A DNA stretch of 64,000 bases from Nymphaea colorata (Eukaryota), in contig NC_045138.2 of assembly GCF_008831285.2 (NCBI RefSeq), positions 22,630,001 to 22,694,000 of the forward strand, in the 5' to 3' direction. A program made the position numbers and the translations under genes. Shown here piece after piece: positions 26,030-38,860 of the stretch. The notes below the pieces were generated by a model. It made no database searches and was not told the origin of the DNA. It was given only the letters and a program-made list of their open reading frames with translations. Each line of letters opens with the position of its first letter. Within the stretch, counting starts at the first letter, position 1.

Positions 26030-29000
26030 TTGTTTTATATCCGATTTGTTCTGTCTGGCATTTGTTTTATGTATTGTATTTTCTATCTCATCTTTGTGTC
26101 TTGTGATGTCTATTATGTTCGTTATGTCTATTCTTTCATATGTTTGTTTTCAGTTATAATTGTTCTATTTTTTCCATTCAGCGTTTGTGCCATTAACTCA
26201 TATTTAATTTCAATAGTTCATGTTCCAAATAATATCTTTTTCAATTATTGACTACACTTGTAAAACTTCTCTAACCCCTATCTATAAAACCTCACTGATT
26301 CCTATCCCATCGGACCCACTCTGATTGTCACTACACCCCCCTAACCAGGTGGATGTGGCATCGGTTGTGTATGTTAAACAAGCACTACTCTAGGTAGCAG
26401 GCTAGACCCACATAAAGTACATAGGCCAAGTCAACTAAGACATCCAAATTCTTCTATGTCGCTTTTTTACATCAATATGTAGTTATATAAGTTTTGTGTA
26501 CTCAACAAACATTGGCTGATATTAACTTGTATTTTATTTCAGTAGTTCAAGTTTCATATAATATATATCCCAATTACAAATTGCACTTGTAAAACCTCTC
26601 TAACCCTTGTCTGTAAAACCTCCCTGACCCTTGTCTGTGAAACCTCCTTGACCCATATCCCACTGGACTCACTATGATTCTTAGTACAACACCCTAACCA
26701 GGTGGATGCAACATCAATTATGGATGCTAAACAAGCACAGCTCTAGGTGGCAGGCTTGACCCACTTAGAGAACGTAGGCCAAGTCAATAAGGACACCCAA
26801 ATTCCTCTCTGTTGCTATTCTTCGACAGTATACCCTTTGTATATTTCGGCAAACATTTGCAAATATTAATTCAAAGAGTTGTTGGATTTTGAAAATATCA
26901 CAAACTAACATATGAGGATTCATGTAAGACATAAAAAGAATAAAATTTGCCAAAGTATTGTAGATACATTTGTGCTCATTATGTATAGCATAAATGCAAA
27001 GCAAAAACATGAATAACATGATGAACATTATCTCTAATCAACGTGAATCACTTAAGTAGGGTCCATCAAAGTAAATTCAATGAATCTTCAAAATCCTCGT
27101 GTTGTTGAAAAAATCATCGTCATAAACCTACCTTACCTCTTACAATATTAATCCTTGTCATTGGTTAGACTCTCTTTCACATTAAAAAAGCTTCAACCAA
27201 CAAAAATTCATATTTTCATGCAACACAGTCGTTAGTAGAGAGTACTTATTTTTTGTAGAAACAGTGTTATCCTCACGTGTAAGTTGACTGTGTTTTTATT
27301 TAGTCGGACTGGGTAAACACATATAAATATTAGCATGGGTGCTATGCTGAGAAGGCATTGCACCAACCCCAACTCACAAGTTGTGCAAAAGAATTGAGAG
27401 ACTTTTTGTGTTGTCTTTTCTGTCCTAGGTTATGTTTTGTGATGTCTATTATGTTCATTACGTCTCTTCTTTTTTACATTTGTTTTTTTGTGTTGTTGTT
27501 GTTCTATTTGTTTCATCCAGTGTTTGTGACATTACCTCACATTTAATTTCAGTAGTTCATGTTTAAGATAATGTCTATTCCAATGACAAACTATACTAGT
27601 AAAACTTCCCTTACCGTTATTTGTAAAACCTCCCTGACCCCTATCCTATCGAACCCACTTTGATCCTTAGTATAGCACCCTAACCAGGTGGATGCGGCAT
27701 CAGTTATAGATGCTAAAGAAACACTGCTCTAGCTAGCAGGCCTAACCCATGTAAAGTACATAGACTAAGTCAATTAGGACATCCAAATTCCACTTGATTT
27801 TTTTTCTTCTACAGTATATAGTCATAACTCTTTTGTATATTTCGACAAACATTTGTAGATATTAATTCAAAGAGTTGTTAGATTTTGAACAGATCACAAA
27901 CTAACATATGAGGATTCATGAAAGACAACAAAAAAGGAGAAAATTTGCCAAAGTATTGTAGATACACTTGTGCTCATTATAAATAGCTCAAACACAAAGA
28001 AGAAACATGAACAACATAATGAACATTATCTCTACTCAACATGAATCAGTTAAGCATGGTACATCAAAGTAAATTCGATGAATCTTCAAAACCATCCTGC
28101 TGCTGAAAGAATCATCGTTAAGACCTGCCTCTCTTCTTACAATATTAATCCATGTCATTGACTAGGCTACTCTTTCACATTAAAAGAGCTCCAAGCAATA
28201 GAAATCTAGATTTTCATGCAACACAGTCGTCTATAGCAATTACTTATTTTATGCAGAAACAATATCATTCTCACGTAGAACTTGACTGTGTTTTTGTTTA
28301 TGCAGCTCGAGGAAAAACGTACTAAGATAAACACAAGTGCTCTGCTGAGAAGACATTGTACCAACCCCAACTCACAAGTTGCGGAAAAGAATGAAGAAAT
28401 TTTCTATACTATCTTTTTTGTCCCACATTTGTGTCGGTTTGTTCTTTCTAACATTTGTTTCTGTTGTGATTGTTCTATTTGTTCTATCTACTATTTGTGT
28501 CATTAATTTGCATCTAATTCCAATACTTCATGTTTTAGATAATATTTTTTCCAATTACAAACTACATTTATAAAACCTTCCTGACCCTTATTTGTAAAAC
28601 CTCCTTGACCCCTATCCCATGGACCCTCTCTAATTCTTAGTATAACCCTCTAACCAAATGGATGCAGCATAAGTTCTGGATGCTAAACAAGCACTACTAC
28701 AGGTAACAGGCTTGACCCATATAAGTACGTAGGTCAAGTCAACTAAACATCCAAATTCCTCTCAGGTGTTTTTATTCTACAGTATATAGTCTTATTACCT
28801 TTGTATATTTTAGCAAACATTTGCAGACATTAAGTCAAAAAGTTGTTGGATTTTGATAATATCACAAACAAACATACTAGGATTCATGAGCGGCGATAAA
28901 AAGAAGGAAACTTGTCAAAGTATTTGTAGATACATTTGTTTTTATTATGTATAACATAAATGCAAAGAGAAACTCCAAAATCTCATAATGAAAACTATCT

Positions 29001-32000
29001 TAAATCAACATGAATTACTTAAGCAGGGTTCATGAAAGTAAATGTAGTGGATCTTCAAAATCCTCATGCTACCTTGCCTTTTACAGTATTATCCTAGGAA
29101 TCATTCTAGCCTCTCTTTCATATTAAGGAAGGTCCAACCAAAAGGAATCCAAATTTTGCAACATAGTCTTTTGTAGTAAGTACTAATTTTGCATAAACAA
29201 TGTTATCCTCACATAGAACTCCACTGTGTTTTTGTTTACTTGGCTCAGGCAAACACATACTGAGCCTAGTATGGATGCTCTACTAAGAAGACATTGCACC
29301 AACCCCAACTCACAGGTTGCACAAAAAGAAGGAGAGATTTTCTACAATATCTTTTATGTCATATGTTTGTGTCTTGTGATGTCTATTATATTTGTTGTCA
29401 TTTTTTGATGACATCTGTTTCTATTTTCATTGTTCTATTTCTTCCAGCTAGTGTTTGTGTCATTAATTCATATTTAATTTCAATAGTTCATGCATTAGAT
29501 AATATTTTTCAATTACACACTACACTTCCCACCAGACCCACTCTGATTCCCGGTACATCTCTCTTACCAAGGGATCCGGCATCAGTTATGGATGCTAAAC
29601 AAGCATTGCTCCAAGTAGTAGGCCCGACCCACATAAAACGTATCGGCCAAGTCAATTAGGACATGAAAATTTCTCTCAGTTGCTTTTCTTCTATAGTATA
29701 CACTGATATATGTTTTATATTTTGGTAAACATTTGCATATATTAATTCAAAGAGGAGTTAGATTTTGAAAATATCATAAAATAACATTAGAGGATTCATA
29801 AAAAGCAACAAAAGAAGGAAACTTGCCAAAGTGTTATAGATACACTTGTGTTCATTATGTATAACATTAACGCAAGAATGAAATGCATAATAACATAATG
29901 AACTCTATCTCGAATCAACTTGAATCATCTAACCAAGGTCCATCAAAGTAAATTCAGTGAATTTTTTAAATCCTCATGTTGTTGAAAGAATCAACATCAT
30001 TGACCTGCCTCACAACTTATAGTAGTAATCCATGTAATTAGTCAGGTCTCTCTTTCATACTAAAGAGTCTCCAACCAACAAGAATCTTGATTTTCATGAA
30101 ACACAATCTTATGAAGTGAGTATTTATTTTGCAGAAACAATGCTAAAGCCCATTGTGTCGTTGTTTACTTGACTCGGGAAAACATGTATTGAACTTAGTA
30201 GGGATGCTCTTCTAAGAAGACATTGCACGAACCCCAACACACAGGTTGCACCAAAGAATGGAGAATTTTTTTTTGTATCATATTTTTTTGCCCTATGTTT
30301 GTGTCTTGTGAATTGTGATGTCTATTTTGTTCATCATGTTTGTTCTTTCTGACATTTTTTAAATTCTGATAGTTTTATTTGTTCCATATAGTGTTTGTGC
30401 TAGTATACAGGCTGCACTTGTAAAATCTCCCTAACCCCTATCCGACCGAACCCACTTTGATTCTTACTACAGCCCCCTAACCAAGTGGATGCGGCATCAG
30501 TTATGAATGCCAAACAAGGACTTCTCAAGGTAGCTTGCCCAACCCACATAAAGTACGTAGACCAAGTTAATTAGGACATCCAAATCCACCTTTATTGCTT
30601 CTCTTCTACAATATTTAGTTATTTACATTGTGTATGTTTCGACAATCATTTGTAGATATTAATTCAATGAGTTTTTGGATTTTGATAATATCACAAACTA
30701 ACATATGAGGATTCATGAAATGCAACAAAAGGAATAAAACATGCCTTAAGTATTGTAGATACACTTGTGTTCATTATGTATAACATAAACTCAAAGAATA
30801 AAACTAGAATAATGTAATGAACTCTATCTCAAATAAACATCCATCACTTAACCATGGTCCATCAAGTAAATTGAGTGAATATTCAAAATCATTGTGTTGT
30901 TGAGAAAATCATCATCATAGACCTGCCTCGCGTCTTATAGTATTAATCCATGACATTGATCAGGCTTCTTTTCATATTAAAGAGGCTCCAACCAATAGAA
31001 ATCCAGATTTTCATGCAACATAATCTTTTGTAACAAGTACTTATTTTACAAAAATGATGCTATCCTCGTGTAGAAGTCCAAGGTGTTTTTGTTTGTTGGA
31101 CTCAAAGAAACATGTATTGAGCATAGAATGGTGTTCTGCTGAAAAGACATTTAACAAACCCCAACTCATATATTGTGCCAAAGAATATAGAAAATTTTTT
31201 TAGTGTATTTTTTGTCCCATGTTTGTGTCTTGTGATGTCTATTTTGTTCGTTATGTCTATTCTTTCTGACATTTGTTTTCTGTTCTAATTGTTCTATTTG
31301 TTTCATCTTGCATTTGTTCCATTAACTCGTATTTAATTTCAATAGTTCAAGTCTTAGATAATATTTTTACCAATTACAAATTACACTTGTAAAACCTCCC
31401 TGACCCCTATCCCACTAGACCCACTCTAATTCTTAGTAGAGCCCCCTAACCAAGTGGATGTGGCATAAGTTATGGATGCTAAATAAGCACTGCTACTAGC
31501 GGGCCTAACCCACATAAAGTACATAGGCCAAGTAAATTAGGACATCCAAATTCCTTTCTATTTCTTTTCTTCTATAGTATATAGTTATACTTGTTTTGTA
31601 TATTTTGAAAAACATTTGCAGATATTAATTCAAACAGTTGTTGGTTTTGAAAATATCATAAACTAACATATGAGGATTCATGACATGCAACAAAAAGAAT
31701 AAAACTTGCCTAAGTATTGTAGATACACTTGTGTTCATTATGTATATAACATAAATGCAAAAAAGAAAGAAAACAAGAATAACATAATAAACTCTATCTC
31801 ATATGAACATGAATCACTTAAGTAGGGTCCATCAAAGTAAATTCGATGAACTCTTTAAAATTCTCGTGTTGCTGAAAGAATCATCAATATAGACCTGACT
31901 CACCTCTACAGTACTAATCCATGACACCGATCACGCTTAAAAGAGGCTCCAACCAACAGAAATCATGATTTCTATGTAACAAAGTCTTATGTACAGCAAG

Positions 32001-35000
32001 TATTTATTTTGTAGAAACAATGCTATCCTCACGTAGAATTCCATTGTTTTCTTATTTACTTGGCTTAGGGAAACACATACTAAGCTTAGTACGGGTGCAT
32101 CATTGATAAGACATTGCACCAACCCTAGCTCACAGGTTGAGCAAAACAATGGGGAGATTTTCTATATTGTCTTTTTTGCCCCATGTTGTGTCTTGTGATG
32201 TCTTTTCTGTTTGTTCTTTTTGACATTTGTTACCCATTCAGACGGTTTTATTTTTTACATCCAATGTCGTTGTCATTAACTCCTATTTAATTTCAATAGT
32301 TCATTTTTCAAATAATATCTTTTCCAATTATAGACTACACTTGTAAAACTTTCCTGACCCTTATCTGTAAAACCTTCCTATCCCCTATCCCATCAGATCC
32401 ACTCTGATTCTTAGTACAGCCTCCTAATCAGGTGGATGCGACATTAGTTATTGATGCTAAACAATTACTGCTCCAGGTAGCAGGCCCGACCAACATAAAG
32501 TACACAGGCCAAGTCACTTAGCACATCTAAATTCCTCTTTGTTGATTTTCTTCTAGAGTATATTCTTATATTTGTTTTATGTATTTTGGCAAACATTGGC
32601 CGATATTAATTCAAAAACTTGTTGGATATTGAAAATATCACAAACTAACATATGAGGATCCATGAAATGCAACAAAAAGAAGAAAACTTGCCAAAGTATT
32701 GTAGATACATTTGTCTTCATTATGTATTACCTAAACACAAAGAAGAAAACATTAATAACATAATGAACACTATCTCAAATCAACATGAATCACATATGCA
32801 AGGTCAATTAAATTAAATTACTGAATCTTTAAAATCCTCATGCCACTAAAAGAATCATAGATATACCTACCTTGCCTCTCACAATATTAATCTATGTCAT
32901 CGGTCAGACCTCTCTTTCATATTAAAAAAGCTCCAAGCAACAATAATCTAGATTTTTAAGCAACATAGTCATCTATAACAAGTACTTATATTGCAAAAAC
33001 AATGCATTCCTCACGTAGAAGTCTACTATGTTTTTTTTTACTTGACCCAAGGAAACATGTACTGAGTTTGGCAGGGGTACCCTACTTAGAACACATTGCA
33101 CCAACCCCAACTAATAGGCTGCATAAAAGAGTTGAGAGATTTTCTTTACTGTCTTTTCTATATCATGTTTGTGTCTTGTTATGTCTATTATGTTCGATAT
33201 GCCTCTTCATTTTGACATTTGTTTTTTGTTTTGACCGTTCTATTTGTTTCATCTAGTATTTGTGTCATTAGCTCGTATTTAATTTTAATAGTTGATGTTT
33301 CAGATAATAGCTTTTCCAATTAAAGATTGCACTTGTAAAACCTCACTAACCCCTATTTCTAAAACCTTCTTGACTCCTATCCCATAAGACCCACTCTGAT
33401 TCTTAGTACAACCCATAACCAGGTGGGTGCGGCATCAATTATGGATGCTAAATAAGCACTACTCGAGCTAGTAGCCTGACCCACATAAATTACGTAGGCC
33501 AAGTCAATTAGGACATCCAAATTCCTCTCAGTTGCTTTTCTTTTATAGTATATAGTCATATCTATTTTGTATATTTTGGCAAACACTTGTAAATATTAAT
33601 TCAAAGAGTTGTTGGATTTTGAAAATATGACAAACTAACATATGAGGATTCTTGAAAGGCAACAAAAGGAAGGAAACATGCCAAAGTATTGTACATACAC
33701 TTTTGTTCATTATGCATAACATAAACGCAAAGAAGAAAACCATAATAGCATAATGAACTCTATCTCAAATCAACATTTATCACTTAAGCATGGTCCATCA
33801 AAGTAAATTCGGTGAATCTTCAAAATCCTCGTGCTACTAAAAAAATCATCAACATAGATATGTCTCATCTTGTACAATATTAATCCATGTCATTGGTTAG
33901 ACCTCTATTTCATATTAAAGAAGTTTCAACCAACATAAATCCAGATTTTGATGGAACATAGTCTTCTGTAGTGAGTACTTATTTTGCAAAAACAATGCTA
34001 TGTTCATGTAGAAGTGCACTATTTTTTTATTTACGTGGCTCAGAGAAACACATATTGTGCTTAGTAGTAATTTGCTAAGAAGACATTGCACCAACCCCAA
34101 CTCACAGGTTGTGCAAAAGGATGGAGAGATTTTCTTTACTATCCTTTTTGTCTCATGTTTGTCTTCTGAAGTGTATTTGGTTCTTTATGTCTGTTATTTT
34201 TTAAACATGTTTTCTATTCTTATTGTTCTATTTGTTCCAAACATTATTTGTATCATTAACTCGTATTTAATTTCAATAGTTCCTATTTCAGATAATATCT
34301 CTTGCAATTATAGATTGCACTTGTAAAACCTTCTTGACCCCTATCCCACCAGACCCTTCTAATTCCTAGTATAGCCCCATAACTGGTGGATGTGGCATCA
34401 GTTATGGATGATAAACAAGCATTGCTCCAGATAGTAGGCCCTACCCACATAAAGTACGTAGAAAACGTCAATTTGGACATCCAAATTCCTCTCTATTGCT
34501 TTTCTTCTATGATATATAGTTTATATCTATTTTGTGTTTTTCATCAGACGTTTGTAGATATTAATTCAAAGAGTTATTGGACTTTGAAAATATCACAAAC
34601 TAACATATGAATATTCATGAAAGGAAGCAAAAAGAATGAAACTTACCAAAGTATTGTAGATACACTTATCCTCATTATGCATAACGTAAATGCAAAGAAC
34701 AAAATATGAATAACATAATGAACACTATCTCAAATAAACATGAATCACTTAAGCAAGGACCATCAAAGTAAATTTGGTGAATCTTCAAAATCCTCGTGTT
34801 GCTGAAAGAATCATCATCATTGACTTGTTTGCTTGTTACAGCATTAATCCATGTCATCAGTTAGGCCCTCTTAATATTAAAACAGCTACAACCAACAGGA
34901 ATGCAGATTTTCATGCAACAAAGTCGTTTGTAGCGAGTGTTTGTTTTGTGGAAACAATGCAATCCTCATGTAGAAGTCATCTGTATTTTTGTTTACACAG

Positions 35001-35777
35001 CTCAATGAAACACATTATAAATATTAGTAGGGGTGCTCTGCTGAGAGGACATTGCACTGACTCCAACTCCCAAGTTGTGCCAAAGAATGGAGAGATTTTC
35101 TATAATGTCGTTTTTGTCTCATGTTTGTCTCATGTGTTGTTTATTCTGTTCATTATGTATGTTCTTTTTGGCATTTGTTTTCTCTTCTTACTATTCTATT
35201 TGTTTCATCCAGTGTTTGTGTCATTAACTCGTAGTTAATTTCAATAGTTCATGTTTCAGATAGTGCCTTTAACAATTACAAACTGCACTTGTAAAGCTCC
35301 CTAACCCCTATCCCATCAAACCCACTATGATTCCTGGTACAGCCCCCTCACCAAGTTGATGCGACATCAGTTAATAAACAAGCACTGCTCCATGTAGCAA
35401 GCCCGACCCACATAAAGTATGTAGGCCAATTCAATTAGGACATGCAAATTCCTCACTATTGTTTTTCCTCTACAGTTTTGTATATTTCGGCAAACATTCG
35501 TAGATATTAATTCAAAGAGTTGTTGGATTTTGAAAATATGACAAACTAACACTTTACATTCATGAAGGGCAACAAAAAGAAGGAAACTAGCCAAAGTATT
35601 GTAGACACACTTGTGTTCATTATGTATAACATAAATGTAAATAACAAAACTATAATAACATAATGAACCCTTTCTCAAATCAATATGAGTCACTTAAGTA
35701 GGGTCCAAAGTAAATTCGGTGAATCTTCAGAATCCTCATGTTGCTGAAAGAATCATTGTCATAGACCTACCTCGCTT
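26030..35777. repeat. Tandem array of ~10 diverged ~930-995-bp units plus a partial first unit
   Basis: The anchor CATTGCACCAACCCCAACTCAC recurs at ~27356, 28353, 29292, 30221, 31148, 32112, 33094, 34084 and 35050. The anchor CCAGGTGGATG recurs about 11 times from 26345 to 35352. Confidence 0.95.
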
Positions 35778-37099
35778 GAGAATGAAGAGATTAGGAACAT
35801 CAGTGTAGCTGGCATGTCATTCTTGTTGTTAAAATTAGAAAACATTGAAAGCTATTGAAACTCGCTATTTAATTTGGAAGACGTGTTAACCTACTGAATT
35901 TCTTAAAAAAACACAAAAAGGTATATGTTGGACTTCTTGGCCCCCAATGGAAGAGAAATATTTACAGATAACACATCATCTAACATTTTCCCAACGAGAA
36001 CCAAAAAAGGGAAAATAACTACCTACAATGGTAACCACAAACTTCAACATACAAATGTTATCGCCTGCGATATGACCAATATAAGTCCACATGAAGAAAG
36101 ACGAAGAAGAAGAAATGTTCTATAAAATATTCAAGGGAAATCTATGCATTAGAGTTCTCATCCTTGAAATTTCATCGAAAAAGACAAGAGAAACAAAAAA
36201 AGAATCAAACTTCTGTAGGGCGAAGGAAAAATCAATCAGGCATTTCGACGAACCAATTGACTTCTCATAGGGTATACTTGAACATTAGCGAATAATTGAT
36301 CAATGAAGGGTGGTCGTTGAATATCAACAAACAATATCACCTAGGGTATAGCAACAGGGTGGGCGACATGGCGTACAATGGATGGAGCACCTGCACCACC
36401 GCAGTGAGATGTCTACAACTACATGATTGGTATCCGGTGATGACCTCCCTCTAACGTGGGGCTCGTAGGAAGTCAATTCAAACACTACACAAAGCAAAAG
36501 CAAAGGGCTACGGGCTTGACATGCATCTTCATAGACCTTAGGCTCATGAAGTCGTGCATGTCCTTCTATATATATATATATATATATAATGAAAAGCCAA
36601 GGCTGCCTAGTGAGCATGGAGCCATGACATGCTTGACATGGCCAGTGAGGATGGTTGACCGTCTCCATCACTACCGGTCAAGCACTAGGTGGACATAAAG
36701 GAGCTGCTTGGGAACAGTTTGAAGCATTTGCCCCAAAAAGTTGGCCTACTTATGGAACAGACTTTCTAAAGTATCTAATAATTCTAGATAAATTTTGTAT
36801 TTATGGAACACTTTATAAAGTATTTAATAGATCTAAATAAATTTTGTATTAGATGCACCAGACAATAACATAAATAATGTTACTCTTCCCAAACGTCCCC
36901 AAAGGATCCCATAGAAGCAAGGCACACAAAAGAAACTTATTCCGTTTATTGGATCCAACAACATGGACATAGAGAGAGATAAAGATTCTCGTTTACACTT
37001 ATCCAACAATATTCGGATCCAAACAGATGGGAGTTGGGCTCCCTTCCCATTCAATGCCAACTTATCCAACAATATTCATGTGTACATAAAACACCAGTG

Positions 37100-37486
37100 T
37101 AGGGAAGTCAACAGATCAGATTTAAATTGGATTTATTCTTAATGGATCTGCACATATTCAGATTCAATTTTGGATTTGAATATGAAAGAAGAAAAGTCAT
37201 ATTCCAATGCAAATCCGTTTCTCACAAACTAAGTCTGATCCAAGTCCGATTTTTAAAAGTCATATATGAATCTGAATCCAAATTTCAAACCAAATACCAA
37301 CCACATTATTACTATATGTTATGAACCGATTTTCAAAATGTAAGGACATCAAAATTAGGATCTTTATTTAGAACTAATTCCAATCTGAATCCGACTGGCT
37401 ATTTATGTAAATCCAAATCTGAATCCATATCTGGTCGGATGCTATTTTTCATATTCAAATCTGATCCAAATTTATTGACATCCCTA
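37100..37486. mobile_element. Non-autonomous hAT-type element (MITE)
   Basis: TIR TAGGGAAGTCAA / TTGACATCCCTA, 8-bp TSD CACCAGTG / GACCAGTG, and internal GGATT/AATCC subrepeats. Confidence 0.8.
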
Positions 37487-37956
37487 GACCAGTGGAGAAC
37501 GACAAAGCTTAGTCTGATACATGCGTCAATCACAATCGTAAACACAAAAGAAGTGTGCATGTAATCTAAGTTTGATATCTTGCAATCTTTCTAGTTATAA
37601 GCCTACGAAGTTGTTATTGTAACGCTGTTGGTATTTTGATTACCAAAAAGATTTATATGTATTGATTTCCTACTCGCTGTGCGTGTCGATAAAGTGTTCT
37701 TTTTTTTCATTCTCCTGTCAGAGATGTGAACTTAACAGTGATTTGATGAGAAACAGGTATTAAGTTATTTTTTCAATTTAGTAATGTTTTTTAATAACTA
37801 GAAAATAATGGCTCTCACAACATCAGCATTTTAATAGTTGAAAAATCAAAATTTTTACAAAAATGAATTTATAAATTAAAATATGACTTTTGTTATATTA
37901 GTGTTTACAAACACATTAGCCCATGATTTATGGTGCGGGTTTTAGTGATAACTTAT

Positions 37957-37958
<2 letters not shown>

Positions 37959-38035
<77 letters not shown>
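37959..38035. repeat. Compound microsatellite (TA)n(GA)n
   Basis: Directly visible. Confidence 0.9.
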
Positions 38036-38040
<5 letters not shown>

Positions 38041-38099
38041 TGGGGAGAGAGAGATCCTCTCGGGTTTAATAACTAGCTCCCATCTTCTCCCTACTGTGT

Positions 38100-38860
38100 A
38101 TCATATCTAGTGAGGTGGTTTTCTCCACAGGGTCACCCACAGAGACGCGATTGGAAGGAAACCGCTTACATAATCTTTATCAATCTGTTACTAAGAACTC
38201 CTACGCGATTGTTCAGTATGCTAACCTGCTTGACGATTGTGACCCTTTTACCTGGTCAAATAGGGGAAGTGGTCTGAGTCTCATCCAAAGCAAAATCGAT
38301 AAATGTTTTATAAACAGTTTTTTGGCAGCACCAGTTTGAGGGAATTAATCACTTACGTGTGGTAAGCAGGCATACTCAGATCACTCAACTCTAATATTCT
38401 CTTTTGCAAGCATGAAAGAATTTAGAATGAGATGGAAAAAGGGGTTGTTTAGGTATTTTTCAAGTACTGGGAAAGTAAACCCACGTGCAACACAATTATT
38501 TCCAGAGTCTGGGCGAAGGAGATGAGAGGAATTGGAACAAACTTGCTGTTGAAAAAATAGATGTGAAAGTTCTGCGCCTGCAAACATAATTGGACGACCT
38601 GCAATAAAATGATGATATTGGGTCAGTTGCAAGGAATATTGAAGAGGCCAAAATCAGAGTAGATCTGCTTGAAGCGCTCAGGGATGAAGAAGTGTATTGG
38701 AGTCGGAAAGTAAGAGTGCTTTAGCTCAAAAAAGGGGACGGCAACACACAATTTTTCTCATTGCGGATTGAAGAAAAGAGAGGCAAAAAATAGCATCACT
38801 AACCTGGAAACTGAGGAAGGCTTTTGAGAGGATCTAGATCAGATTCGCGCTACGCTGCGG
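38100..38860 (+). mobile_element. Degenerate LINE (L1) ORF2 fragment, end of the endonuclease and linker
   Basis: FTWSNRGSGLSLIQSKIDKCFIN, SDHS and EEVYWSRK.RV.*LKKGDGNTQFF match plant L1 ORF2 motifs (FTW.N..., SRLDR, SDH, W...GD.NT.FF). Confidence 0.75.

Noticed and set aside
26030..35777. Array as CRISPR, rDNA, or a known miRNA/snoRNA cluster
   Set aside because: The context is eukaryotic, whole ~960-bp units are homologous with no unique spacers, and I recognised no 5S/45S, conserved miRNA or convincing C/D box sequences.
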